Shown: piece by piece, positions 48,432 to 58,677 of the stretch
Layout: each line of letters opens with the position of its first letter
Numbering within the stretch: position 1 is the first letter of the stretch
Source of the DNA: a bacterium
Lineage (GTDB): Bacteria > UBA8248
Assembly (NCBI GenBank): GCA_965261085.1
Contig: OZ253442.1
Span: forward strand, 1,184,001-1,248,000
Direction: 5' to 3'
Length of the DNA stretch: 64,000 nt
Notes under the pieces: generated by a model
The model's database searches: none
Told to the model about the DNA's origin: nothing
The model's input: only the letters and a program-made list of their open reading frames with translations
Program-made: the position numbers and the translations under genes

Positions 48432-49412
48432 CTATTTCTTCATCGTCATGGCCTTGATGAGTTTCGTGTAGCCGTCGTAGTTCGGCTTTCTGACCTTCTC
48501 ATAGTCCGCGCCGTTCACGAAAACCACGTTTTCGCCGATGCTGCGCATGAAGCGCTTGAAGGATTTGTTCTTCGTGAGCTTCTCAAAAGCGTCACGGAGC
48601 GTCTTCAGCCTGTCGGCGGGCGTCTTGGCAGGCGCCATGAAGATGCGGTCCATCGTGAAGCCCACGCCCATGTAGCCGAGTTCATCCGTGGTGGGGACTT
48701 CCTTGAAGTCATTGTCCTTCGAGAGGCGCGCATTGCCTGTGAGTGCGAGCACGGTGACCTTTCCGGCCTTCTTATGGGGGCGAAGCTGGGTCGGGAAGGC
48801 GATGCCCACGTCGTCCTGTCCGGCGAGGACGGCGCGCAGAGCGGGGCCGCCGCCCTTATGCGGGATGAAGTTCACCTTGATGCCCGCCGCGCGCACGAAC
48901 TGCATGGCCGGCACGTGGCCCGCCCCCCAGACGCCGCTGTGGCCCCAGTTGACCTTGCCGGGGTTTTTCTTCGCGTAGGCGACGAATTCCTTCATGTTCT
49001 TCCACGGCCTGTTCGACAGGGAGAAGAACACCGGCTGCCCGTGGTTGATCTTGGCGACGGTCTTGAAATCGCGCAGCGTGTTGAAGGGCACCTTGCGCGT
49101 TTGCGGCACGAGCTGATCGAAGCCATTGTGGCTGAAGAGCAGGGTGTATCCGTCCGCCTTGGCCTTGGCCACGAAGCCGGTGCCCTTCATGCCCGCGCCG
49201 CCGGGCACGAGCTTCACCACCATGGGCTGGCCGAGAATGTCGGCGATGATGCTGGTGATGCCGCGCGCGTGGAGGTCGTGGCTGCCGCCCGCGCCCACGG
49301 GCAGAACGAGCGTGATGGGACGATCGGGATAGGCCGCCGTGCTCGCGGAGGGCAGCCCCAGCCCGACGAGCAGAACCAGCGCGGCCAGGACGGCGAAGAA
49401 GCGTTTTTTCAT
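48432..49412 (-). CDS. tctC: TTT substrate-binding protein TctC
   Basis: YPDRPITLVLP.GAGGS.D, PGGAG, ADGYTL, PHKGGG. Confidence 0.92.
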   Translation of the reverse strand: MKKRFFAVLAALVLLVGLGLPSASTAAYPDRPITLVLPVGAGGSHDLHARGITSIIADILGQPMVVKLVPGGAGMKGTGFVAKAKADGYTLLFSHNGFDQLVPQTRKVPFNTLRDFKTVAKINHGQPVFFSLSNRPWKNMKEFVAYAKKNPGKVNWGHSGVWGAGHVPAMQFVRAAGIKVNFIPHKGGGPALRAVLAGQDDVGIAFPTQLRPHKKAGKVTVLALTGNARLSKDNDFKEVPTTDELGYMGVGFTMDRIFMAPAKTPADRLKTLRDAFEKLTKNKSFKRFMRSIGENVVFVNGADYEKVRKPNYDGYTKLIKAMTMKK

Positions 49413-49438
49413 GATGTTCTCCTTTGATGAATATGCCC

Positions 49439-50944
49439 TCATGAAGCGGCGGGCCCCCTGGCGCGCCGCCACATCGGGCGAAGAATGAGATAGCCGACCC
49501 AAGTCAGCGCCGCCACCAGGAAGATGGAGGCGATTGGTCTTTGTACGAACAGGTACGAAAACGGAGAGCCCTTCGCATACAGCATCGACTGGCTCAAACG
49601 GTACTCTATCGGTTCGGCCAGCACAAAGGCGATGATGAGGGGCGCCAGGTCGAATTTGAATTTTCTTAGAATATAGGCGCACACGCCGATGATGACCATC
49701 AGTATCACGTCCGTGTTCGACCCCGTGGAGAGCGTGCCCACGAAGGCGAGCGCCACGATGAGGGGGATGAGATACGCCTTTTTGAGTTGAATGGCGCGGG
49801 CGAAGGGCTTGAGCAGAACGTAGCCCAGAAAGAAGAACAGCACGTTCGCCAGCACCATGGTGAGGATAAGGGCGTACATGAGCGCGCCTTGTTCCTGAAA
49901 TATCTGGGGTCCCGGCCGCATGCCGTGCGCCACGAACGCGCCCAGCAGAATGGCGGTGACGTTGTCTCCCGGAATGCCCAGCGTCAGCAGGGGAACCAGC
50001 GTGGGGCCGTTCACGGCGTTGTTCGCGGCCTCGGGCGCCGCTATGCCGTCGAGTTCGCCCTTGCCGAAGGTCTCGGGATGCTTGGACGCGCGCTTCGCCG
50101 CGCTGTAGCCGATGAAGGCGGCCACCACCTGTCCCACGCCCGGCACCATGCCGATGCCCGTCCCGATGGCGGTGGAGCGCAAGATGGAGCGAATCGACGC
50201 CTTGAACTCATGCCAGCGCAGGCGCTCGCCCGCCTTGGCGAGGTCCACGTGTTCGCTGATGAAGCGCACGGTGCGCGATTCGACCGCCTCGAGCACTTCG
50301 GGCATCGCGAATATGCCTATGGCCAAAGGGATGAGGGGGATGCCCGCGCTCAGGGCTTCCAGGTCGAACGTCATGCGGGTGGCCCCGGTGGTGGCGTCGG
50401 TGCCGATGAAGCCCAGCCCCATGCCGATGCAGGCGGCGATGGCTCCCTTTAAGCCTGACTCGCTCGATACGCTGGCGATGAGCACCAGCGAGAAGATGAT
50501 GACGGCGAACACCTCCGGCGGGCCGATCAAGAGCGTGACGATGGCGATGGGGCCGATGAGCGCCAGGGTGAAGATGTCGGACAGCGTGTCTCCGATGGTG
50601 GAGGAGAACAGCGCCATCTCGAGCGCCTTCCGCCCCTGGCCCTTGCGCGTGAGCGCGGGGCCGTCGAAAGTCGTGGCGATGGATGCGCCCGTTCCCGGAA
50701 TGCCGACCAGAATCGCCGGAATGCTGCCCCCGTAAATCCCGCCCTTGTAGATGCCGATCAGAAAAGGAATGCCGAGCATGGGTTCGAGCTTGAAGGAGAT
50801 GGGCAGAAGGACCGACATGGCCAGTATGGTGGTGAGGCCCGGCATCGCGCCCACGAACATGCCGACGGTGAGCCCTGCGCTGATGTAGAGATAGGTGTCT
50901 ACGCGCAGCAGGAGGGCGAAGGCCTGAAAAAAGGAATCGAGCAA
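49439..50944 (-). CDS. tctA: TTT permease TctA
   Basis: GAMPG, YGGSIPAIL..PGT, APEAANNA, LGIPG. Confidence 0.93.
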   Translation of the reverse strand: MLDSFFQAFALLLRVDTYLYISAGLTVGMFVGAMPGLTTILAMSVLLPISFKLEPMLGIPFLIGIYKGGIYGGSIPAILVGIPGTGASIATTFDGPALTRKGQGRKALEMALFSSTIGDTLSDIFTLALIGPIAIVTLLIGPPEVFAVIIFSLVLIASVSSESGLKGAIAACIGMGLGFIGTDATTGATRMTFDLEALSAGIPLIPLAIGIFAMPEVLEAVESRTVRFISEHVDLAKAGERLRWHEFKASIRSILRSTAIGTGIGMVPGVGQVVAAFIGYSAAKRASKHPETFGKGELDGIAAPEAANNAVNGPTLVPLLTLGIPGDNVTAILLGAFVAHGMRPGPQIFQEQGALMYALILTMVLANVLFFFLGYVLLKPFARAIQLKKAYLIPLIVALAFVGTLSTGSNTDVILMVIIGVCAYILRKFKFDLAPLIIAFVLAEPIEYRLSQSMLYAKGSPFSYLFVQRPIASIFLVAALTWVGYLILRPMWRRARGPAAS

Positions 50945-50956
50945 ACCTTGGGCTCC

Positions 50957-51535
50957 CTATTTCCCGAGAAAGACAGAGGATAAGAACTTCATGATGGCGT
51001 CCTCGACGACGGCGATGGCTTCGAAATCGCTCCTCGGCAGCGAGATGAGCAGCAACCTCTCGAAGACGAAGCGCACGACGATGGGCATTAGCACGGCCAC
51101 GGGCGCGATGACCCATATCTGCCGGATGCCCAGATAAAAGATGATCGCCGCCGCCATCAAAAGCGTCGAGAGGCCGTAGCCCAGGATAGCCACGAATATG
51201 GAATACGCGGCGATGATGACTATCATCTTCGCGCCTCGGAGTATCCGCGTCGTCTCGGCTGAATCTGTGGCGTAGCGGATGTAGCGCCCCTTTCGCCAGG
51301 CGTCCAGCAGGTAGAGCAGGCACAGGACGGCGAGCACGGCGAAGGCGAGCCTCGGGAAGAAGACGGGTGATAAGGTCAGGAAATCCTGCGCGGAGGTAAT
51401 GCCGCCAGACGCGATGAGGTAGGGCATGAAGACGGAAAGCCCCGCCGAGGCGAGCGCCATCGCGGCCGCCAGATAGATTTCCAGGCGCAATATCATGGGA
51501 CTCGGCGCGTTCGTCGATTCTTCGTCCGAAGACAT
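50957..51535 (-). CDS. tctB: TTT small permease TctB
   Basis: TMs, P.FFPR, F..LL.I.LP. Confidence 0.8.
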   Translation of the reverse strand: MSSDEESTNAPSPMILRLEIYLAAAMALASAGLSVFMPYLIASGGITSAQDFLTLSPVFFPRLAFAVLAVLCLLYLLDAWRKGRYIRYATDSAETTRILRGAKMIVIIAAYSIFVAILGYGLSTLLMAAAIIFYLGIRQIWVIAPVAVLMPIVVRFVFERLLLISLPRSDFEAIAVVEDAIMKFLSSVFLGK

Positions 51536-51722
51536 GGTGCATCCTGTCGCAAGGGGTCTTTTTCTCTCGCCGACCCGGAAGCGTTCCCCATCACTCGATG
51601 AAGTGGTTTTGTGCTACGGGTTTGCGTATTATTCACCAATCGCTTGGCAGTAGCAAACTTTCATTCCATCCGTTCGGATGAGCGGCGCGCGCGCGGCGCG
51701 CGGATTCGAGGAGATCATTTCC

Positions 51723-52106
51723 GTGAAAATCATCAATTCCATGAGTGTGGACAAGGACAACGCCTATGAGCCTCCCTATTCCATCATGTGGGGGGTGAAC
51801 GACGAGACGACAGGCACGAAGGTCATGACCATGCAGCGCACCATCATCCCCCCCGGCGGTAAGAACAAGATGCACACCCATGCGTGCGACGCGGTGTTTT
51901 ACGTGAACAAGGGGCCGATTTACGTCTATTGCGGGGATCCCCAAAATCCCGAGAAAACCCTGGTCGAGGCGGGGCATTTCTGCTACGCGCCCGCCGGCGA
52001 GCCGCACGGACAGGAGAACCCCAGTTCGACCGAGCCCGCCGAACTCATCGCCACCTACGGGAATTGCTCCCACCACGACAAGGCGGGCACGACCTTCGTG
52101 CAGTAG
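51723..52106 (+). CDS. Cupin domain protein
   Basis: PPGG....HTH..D..FYV.KG, P.GEPH...N. Confidence 0.85.
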   Translation: MKIINSMSVDKDNAYEPPYSIMWGVNDETTGTKVMTMQRTIIPPGGKNKMHTHACDAVFYVNKGPIYVYCGDPQNPEKTLVEAGHFCYAPAGEPHGQENPSSTEPAELIATYGNCSHHDKAGTTFVQ

Positions 52107-52138
52107 CGTCTCACCAACCTTATAAATGGAGTTATGCG

Positions 52139-52879
52139 ATGGACCGAGGAATCTGGGCGTCCTGGTACGATCTGCCCGAAGATAAAAGAGAAGACTACTG
52201 TGCGTGGCTGCACGGGCGTCACCTGCCGGCCATGCTGCGGCGGGCGGGCTTTCTGTGGGCGGCGCATTACGAGGTCGCAGGCGGCGGAGCGCAGATGGAG
52301 CAGGTGAAGAACACCGCGCTCACCTATGCGGCTCCCGGTGAGCTTCCCGGCGGCACGCAGTACGTGCTCCTGTTCGGGGCGGTCTTTCCGCATGTGTTTT
52401 TCGACCCCACGCTCGCTGACATCGAAAAAGAATACGACGATGAGACGCGCGCCATGCTGGGCCTTCGCACCGGGCTTCGCGCGTGCATATTCAGTGAGGA
52501 GGCGCGCGTAGACGGCCCCGCCGTCGCCGCGAGGGGGCCGGGCATCACGCCGGGACCCACGATTCAGATGGGGCAGTTTCTCTCCCAAGACGCCGAGGCG
52601 GAGCACGACCTGGGCGCATGGTACGCGCAGTACCGCCTGAAATTCATGGAGCAGATGCCCGGCTGCATCGGCGCGCGGAAGCTGCTCTCGGCCGCCGGCT
52701 GGGCCAAGCATTCGATTTTTTACGAATTCATCTCGCCCGAAGCGAGGGAGGAGGGGTTCCAGAAGCACGAGAGCCTCTCGCTGGATGAGAGCGGCTGGTC
52801 GGGCCGGGTGGTGAGAACGCTCATACACGCGCCCGGCAGCCCGAGCGTGGGCCGCCGCCTGTGGCCCCCGGTGCTTTAA
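52139..52879 (+). CDS. EthD/DUF4286-like two-domain protein
   Basis: Y.AWLHG.HLP.M...GF..A.HY and AWYAQYRL....PG...ARK; resembles 34646-35353. Confidence 0.6.
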   Translation: MDRGIWASWYDLPEDKREDYCAWLHGRHLPAMLRRAGFLWAAHYEVAGGGAQMEQVKNTALTYAAPGELPGGTQYVLLFGAVFPHVFFDPTLADIEKEYDDETRAMLGLRTGLRACIFSEEARVDGPAVAARGPGITPGPTIQMGQFLSQDAEAEHDLGAWYAQYRLKFMEQMPGCIGARKLLSAAGWAKHSIFYEFISPEAREEGFQKHESLSLDESGWSGRVVRTLIHAPGSPSVGRRLWPPVL

Positions 52880-52912
52880 AGTCGGACAACCGAAAGGGGA
52901 GAGGAAATTCAA

Positions 52913-53599
52913 ATGGCGCAACTACCGATTCTGAGCGATGAGGAGGCAGGCCCCGAAGCGACCGTGGTGTTCGACGCGAGCCGCAAGATGTTCGGCCGCG
53001 TGGCGAACGCCATCCGCGTGAGTTCGGCCAGCCCGAGGATGCTTCAGCCGCTTTTCGGCTTTCTGCTCTCGCTGTGCAGGGCCGAGATCACCGACGTGCT
53101 CGACGCGAAGACCAAGGCGCTGCTGATCTTGAAGACCTCGATGGAAAACGGGTGTAAGTACTGAACGGCGCACAACGTCACGTTCGGTCGAGCGTGCGGG
53201 CTGTCGGATGAGCAGATTGACGCGGTGAAGGACGATGCCTATCAGGAATCGGATTTGTTCACCGACGCCGAGAAGGCGGCGGTCGCCTGGGCGTATCACC
53301 TCACGAAATACACCTTCGCCCAGAACCCGGAAGCCCTTGCGAACATGAAGAAACACTACGATCACGCCCAGCTCGTCGAGGCGACCTTGGTTTCTGGTTA
53401 TTTCAACATGTGGAACCGCTTCACGGACGCGCTCGAGACCGACCTGGAAGGCTCGGACCAGATGACCCTGTTCACGAAATCCGCCGTGCTCGAGAAAAAA
53501 GATTTCGCGGAATTCATGAACGAGTGCTGGTGGGCGAAAGAGGGCGCATCCGAAGAAGATAAAGAAGCGCTCCCGGCTTCCGCCGAATCGGGGAGCTGA
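52913..53599 (+). CDS. AhpD/CMD-family selenoprotein (CxxU)
   Basis: ...KTSMENGCKY-UGA(53162)-TAHN...GLSDEQI...FT.AEKAA...FNMWNRF in one frame; hairpin CACGTTC-GGTC-GAGCGTG 53179-53196. Confidence 0.88.
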
Positions 53600-53638
53600 T
53601 TTTTTTCGGGTTTACGGGAAGACGGAACCGCTCTGCGA

Positions 53639-54364
53639 TCAGACGCCCAGGAAGCGGGACTTGATTTCCTCGTTCGCGGCGAGTTCCTCCGGTGTGGAGG
53701 AGTGAACCACGAGGCCCCGGTTCAGCACGTGCACGTAATCGCACGAGGCGAGCGCGAACTTCATGTTCTGCTCGACGAGCAGGATAGCCAGTTTGCTTTC
53801 CTTGAGTTTGGAGAGCGTCTCCCCCATCGCGCGAACCAGCAGGGGCGCGAGTCCTTCGGTGGGTTCATCCAGAAGAAGCATCTTCGGGTTCGTCATCAGC
53901 GAGCGAGCGAAGGCCAGCATTTGCTGCTCCCCGCCGCTCAACTGGTTGCCCATGTTGCGCAGGCGTTCCTTGAGGCGCGGGAAGAGGTCCAGCACCCGAT
54001 CCAGGTCCCAGGGTTCTTCGCCGCCGTCGGCGGCGCCTTGTTTTTCTCCGAGCAGGAGATTCTCCATCACGGTGAGGGAGCGGAATATCCGCCGTCCCTG
54101 CGGGACGAGGGCCACGCCGAGATTCACGATCTCGTGCGGTTGTAAGCCCGTGATGTCGGCGCCATCGAAGGTGACTTTCCCCGTGCGCGGCTTCGTGAAC
54201 CCGATGATGGAGCGGATGAGCGTGGTCTTGCCCATGCCGTTGCGGCCGAGCACTGCCATGACCTGTCCCTCGGCTATTTCGAGGGAAAGTCCCTGCAAGA
54301 CGTAGCTGTCCCCGTAATAGGTATGAATCTCATCTACTTTCAGCATCGGGCCGTTATCAGTCAT
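53639..54364 (-). CDS. livF: Branched-chain amino acid ABC ATPase
   Basis: GRNGMGKTT, LSGGEQQML, LLVEQN. Confidence 0.92.
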   Translation of the reverse strand: MTDNGPMLKVDEIHTYYGDSYVLQGLSLEIAEGQVMAVLGRNGMGKTTLIRSIIGFTKPRTGKVTFDGADITGLQPHEIVNLGVALVPQGRRIFRSLTVMENLLLGEKQGAADGGEEPWDLDRVLDLFPRLKERLRNMGNQLSGGEQQMLAFARSLMTNPKMLLLDEPTEGLAPLLVRAMGETLSKLKESKLAILLVEQNMKFALASCDYVHVLNRGLVVHSSTPEELAANEEIKSRFLGV

Positions 54365-55139
54365 ATCCCAGATATATCTCCTGAACGGTCTGGTTCGCGC
54401 GGACTTCCTCTTTCGGGCCGTCGGCGATGACTTCCCCTTCGTGCATCACCATGAGCTTGTCCACGAGTTCGAAGGCGACGTCCATGTCGTGTTCGATGAT
54501 GAGCATCGTCATGTCCGAATCGAGATCCTTGAGGAGGGAAACCACGTCGGCGGATTCGGCGGGCGAGAGCCCGGCCGTAGGTTCATCGAGAAGCAGCAGC
54601 TTCGGGTTTTCGACCAGAGCGAGGGCAATCTCGATTTGCCTCTGGTAGCCGTGCGAGAGGTTTTTCACGAGAAGGTTCTGCATGTCCCACAGATTCAGTT
54701 TCCCCATCATCTCCTCGGCCTTGCTGTAAATATGCCGTTGGGTCTTGATGGTGCGGAATATCGAGAACTTAGACCTCTCCAGGGCCTGCGCCGCCAGCAG
54801 GACGTTGTCCAGTACGGACAAATCGGGGAACAGGTTGGTGATCTGGAAGGTCCTGGCCATGCCGAGATGGGCCCGCCGGTGGGTCGGCAGCCGCGTGATG
54901 TCCTCTCCGTAGAGGTGCACCCTTCCGTGCGTCGGGTCGAGTTCGCCTGCGATCATGTTGAAAAACGTCGTCTTACCCGCTCCGTTCGGACCGATGATGC
55001 CCCGGCGTTCGCCGTTTTCCACCACGAGGTCGACGTTACTGACCGCGACGAGGCCGCCGAAGTGCTTGGCGAGTCCCTCTACCTTCAGACACGCGGCGGA
55101 CCCGTTCGAATCCTGATGGGCTTCCTGCTCCAAGACCAA
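54357..55139 (-). CDS. livG: Branched-chain amino acid ABC ATPase
   Basis: GPNGAGKTT, RTFQ, DEPTAG, EHDM, YLG. Confidence 0.92.
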   Translation of the reverse strand: MVLEQEAHQDSNGSAACLKVEGLAKHFGGLVAVSNVDLVVENGERRGIIGPNGAGKTTFFNMIAGELDPTHGRVHLYGEDITRLPTHRRAHLGMARTFQITNLFPDLSVLDNVLLAAQALERSKFSIFRTIKTQRHIYSKAEEMMGKLNLWDMQNLLVKNLSHGYQRQIEIALALVENPKLLLLDEPTAGLSPAESADVVSLLKDLDSDMTMLIIEHDMDVAFELVDKLMVMHEGEVIADGPKEEVRANQTVQEIYLGYD

Positions 55140-55255
55140 CCTCCTTAGCGTCGTTCAGCTTGCCTCGGTGGGGCTGAGGGGACCACCGCGCGCGGGTTGC
55201 GGGAAAAATTCCCCTCCGCGCGCGATGGCCCTGTATCAGATACTTTAACCGGCCC

Positions 55256-56512
55256 CTATTTCGCGCAATTCTTGCACGGGGGATAATCCCTGCTGTAGGG
55301 CGGATTCTTCATGAACTCATCCGGCTTGTACGTCCAGAATTGGCTCACGTTCGGGATGACCGCCAAAACCTTGTTTCTTTTCTTGCCGGTTTCATCCTTC
55401 GTGACCATGCGGACGTAGACGTTCATCTTGAACGTCCCGTGGCCGTCGGACGCCCTCGGTCCCGCCGGCATGCCGGAGGCAACCTTCAGGTTCTTGAGCG
55501 CGGCGAAGAATTTGTCCTTGTCCTCCACGTTGCCGTTTACGACCTCGATCGCCTTGTAGATGAGCCGCAATCCGCCGTAATACCCCTCGGCGTAGTAGCC
55601 GGGGTCTTTCTTGGCGTGCTTCCTGAACGCCTTGACGAAATCCTGGTTGACCTTGGTCTGGATGTCGGCGCTGTAGATCAGGGCCGAAATCCAGCCGAGC
55701 ACTTCATCCCCCTGTGCGTCGATGACGAATTCGTCCGTGTTCGTTCCGTTGCCCAGAATCACGTACTTGTTCGCCAGGCCCGCTTCTTTGAGCTGTTTCG
55801 GAAGCCGCAGACCCTGCGCCGCCGCCAGGGTGAGGAACAGGGCGTCGGCGTCTTTTCTGAGCTTGCCGATGTAGGGTCCGTAATCCACCGTATTGATGGG
55901 CATATACATCTTCTGGATCACCTTGCCGCCCATGTCTTCGAACACCTGCTGGAAGCCGCCCGTCGACTCGTAGCCGAAAGCGTAGTCGGGGCCGATGGTG
56001 ATCACTTTCTTGATGTTTGGCATCGCCGTCCGCACCCAGTGGGCGAATGCGTGCATAGGCTGGCTGCAGGAGAAATACGTGATCGCGTATTTCTTGCGCT
56101 TGCGCTTGGAAATGTCGTCGGGACACGACCAGATGAGAATCGGGGTCTTGTACCTGTCGGCCAGCGGCGCAATCGCGTAGCCGGTCGAGCCGAAAAGACC
56201 GCCCATTGCGATATGGACCTTGTTTCGCGTGAGAAGCTTCCGCACCCGGGTCACGGCCAGGGCCACCTTGCTCTCGTTGTCCTCCACGAAGAATTTCACA
56301 TCGCGGCCGGCGACCTTGTCCCCGAACTTCTCACGAAACACCTTGAGGGCGTTCATCTGGTCGGAGCCGTGCTTGGCGAGAACCCCCTTCTTGGAGGTGA
56401 GCAAGCCGATTTTAATGGGCCCCTTCGCCGCAAGGGCGGGTCCTGCGCCGATGAGCGCGGCGAGCGCAAAAACGAGGGGAACGACGAGAAAAACGGAGAG
56501 TTTTCGAATCAT
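55256..56512 (-). CDS. LivK-type ABC substrate-binding protein
   Basis: Signal peptide, PIKIG, DYAFG, D...Y; context. Confidence 0.88.
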   Translation of the reverse strand: MIRKLSVFLVVPLVFALAALIGAGPALAAKGPIKIGLLTSKKGVLAKHGSDQMNALKVFREKFGDKVAGRDVKFFVEDNESKVALAVTRVRKLLTRNKVHIAMGGLFGSTGYAIAPLADRYKTPILIWSCPDDISKRKRKKYAITYFSCSQPMHAFAHWVRTAMPNIKKVITIGPDYAFGYESTGGFQQVFEDMGGKVIQKMYMPINTVDYGPYIGKLRKDADALFLTLAAAQGLRLPKQLKEAGLANKYVILGNGTNTDEFVIDAQGDEVLGWISALIYSADIQTKVNQDFVKAFRKHAKKDPGYYAEGYYGGLRLIYKAIEVVNGNVEDKDKFFAALKNLKVASGMPAGPRASDGHGTFKMNVYVRMVTKDETGKKRNKVLAVIPNVSQFWTYKPDEFMKNPPYSRDYPPCKNCAK

Positions 56513-56558
56513 GGGAATTCCTCCTTTTATAGACGATGACGACTCTGAAGTGAGCCGG

Positions 56559-57512
56559 TCATTCGTTGTCCGCTTCGTGAACCTTCATTCTCAGTTTCTT
56601 GATGAAGCCCATGATGCCTTTGGGCGCGAAAAGAACCACCACGATGTAGATGCAGCCCACGACGGTCAGCGAGCGTTCGGTAAACGTATTCACGGAATTG
56701 TCGAGAAGGACGAATATGGTCGAACCCAGGAGGGGGCCGGCCAGTGTTCCCGGTCCTCCCAGCGAGACCATCAGCAGGGCGTTGAAGGAGGTCACCAGTT
56801 CGACGTCGGTCGGAGCGACGTAGCTGTTGTAGTAGACCCAGAGAAAACCGGCGAGACCGCTGAATATCCCTGAGATCATGTAGATGATGAACTTGTGGAG
56901 CCACACGTTGTAGCCCAGGGCCCGCATCCGCGATTCACTCTCGCGGATCCCCACCATCGTCTTGCCGAAACACGAGTGAACGAGAACGGAGAAGAACAAG
57001 AAGACGCCCGCCGCCACAAAGAGGGTGAAATAGTAGTAGGTGACCGTACCTTCCATGAATAATGGGCGTTCGATGCCCGCGATGCCGTTTTCGCCGCCGG
57101 TCATCGAATCCCAGCGGTAGGCGAGCCCCCAGACGATCATGGCCAGGGCGAACGTGATCATGAGGAAATACACGTCCGAGGCCCTCAGCGCGACGAGTGC
57201 GCAGATGGCCGTTACCACCGCCGCGGCGATGAGCGCGACGACGAACGCTTCGCCGAACGATGCGCCGTAGGTCGCCGACATGATGGCCGTGGCATAGGCG
57301 CCCGTGCCGAAATAGGCCGCATGGCCCAGAGAGGCCATGCCCGTGTAGCCGAGCATCAAGTCGAGGCTTAAGGCGAGAATTCCCCAGATCAGGCACTGGT
57401 TCAGGACGAGCACGCTGAATTCATCCACGAACAGCGGCAATATGGCCGCCAAAGCCAGAACGGAGGCAATCGCGATCATTCTTACCCGGCTGGTCAGAAG
57501 TTCGCCTATCAC
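56559..57512 (-). CDS. livM: LivM-type permease
   Basis: GYTG..SLGHAAYFG.GAY, TGGENG, IRESE.R. Confidence 0.9.
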   Translation of the reverse strand: MIGELLTSRVRMIAIASVLALAAILPLFVDEFSVLVLNQCLIWGILALSLDLMLGYTGMASLGHAAYFGTGAYATAIMSATYGASFGEAFVVALIAAAVVTAICALVALRASDVYFLMITFALAMIVWGLAYRWDSMTGGENGIAGIERPLFMEGTVTYYYFTLFVAAGVFLFFSVLVHSCFGKTMVGIRESESRMRALGYNVWLHKFIIYMISGIFSGLAGFLWVYYNSYVAPTDVELVTSFNALLMVSLGGPGTLAGPLLGSTIFVLLDNSVNTFTERSLTVVGCIYIVVVLFAPKGIMGFIKKLRMKVHEADNE

Positions 57513-58366
57513 ATCACTCTCCCGAACAGCCCGGAGGGGCGAAGCGCCAGGATGACCGCCATCGGCAGGAACAGGGTGAAATAGGCGAATTCGGGAAAGA
57601 AGGTTTTGCCCAAATTGTCGATGATGCCCACGAGCAGGCTGGCGACGACGGCGCCTTTGAGGCTGCCCATCCCGCCCACGATAATGGCCACGAAGGCGAA
57701 GGGGAGTATCTCGAAATCAAGCCCCGCCTGGATGCCGAGCCACGGAGCCGCCAGAACGCCGCTCATGCCGGCCAGGAACGAGCCGAGTCCGAAGACGAGG
57801 CTGAACACGACGGGCACGTTCACCCCCATGCCTCCGGCCATCTCCACGTCGTCGACGGCGGCTCTCACCGAGGAGCCGATTTTGGTCCTGCTCTCGAAGA
57901 ACCACAGCGCTGACGCCGTCATGGCGGCGAATAGGATGAGGAACAACCTGTACATCGGAAAGGAGAATCCCCCGATCCGTCCCGTGCTGGCCAAAAACTT
58001 CGGCGCATCCATGCTGACCGGGTCGGGCCCCCAGATGACGAGAATAGCGTCCTGAAGAACGAGAACGAAGCCCATGGTGATGAGCACCTGGCCCAGGTCG
58101 TTTCCCTGAAGGCGGCGCAAAAAGATGCGCTCGATCACGACGCCCATGATGGCGATAGCGATTCCGCCGATCAGGATCGCGAGGAAAAAACTCCCTGTCG
58201 TCTTGAGGGTCGTGAGTCCGACGTATGCGCCCACGAGGAAATAGGTTCCGTGCGTGACGTTGATGACCTTCATGACGCCGAATATCAGGGATAAACCCAT
58301 CGCGAGGAGGAAGACGATGGCGCCGTAGGAGACGCCGTTGAATATCTGGGTGAGCCAGAAAATCAT
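57509..58366 (-). CDS. livH: LivH-type permease
   Basis: NG..YG, GLSLIFGVM.VIN.THG, GGMGS..G. Confidence 0.9.
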   Translation of the reverse strand: MIFWLTQIFNGVSYGAIVFLLAMGLSLIFGVMKVINVTHGTYFLVGAYVGLTTLKTTGSFFLAILIGGIAIAIMGVVIERIFLRRLQGNDLGQVLITMGFVLVLQDAILVIWGPDPVSMDAPKFLASTGRIGGFSFPMYRLFLILFAAMTASALWFFESRTKIGSSVRAAVDDVEMAGGMGVNVPVVFSLVFGLGSFLAGMSGVLAAPWLGIQAGLDFEILPFAFVAIIVGGMGSLKGAVVASLLVGIIDNLGKTFFPEFAYFTLFLPMAVILALRPSGLFGRVM

Positions 58367-58677
58367 ACGCACGCGCCCTTCGGGTAGGGTTCGGCGCGAA
58401 GAGGGGAAGGCCTGGAGCAGTAACCATACATGCCGCAACACTCCTTCAGGGGAAGGGGGTAGAATGCGACAACACATATTGTTTCTTGTGGTTGCGACTA
58501 TATCATTCGAGGGTGCCAAAGTATACTCTTTCGTACCATTAGGCCGAAAATCAGAAATCATGCACCCGTTCCCGACGCATACGGGATGCGGCCCGGCGGA
58601 TGAAGACGGTTTGTCCGTGAGGGTTTTTCGCATCCCGGGATTCAGAAGAGGGAGCGCGTTCCCGGGGAGGGCGTACC

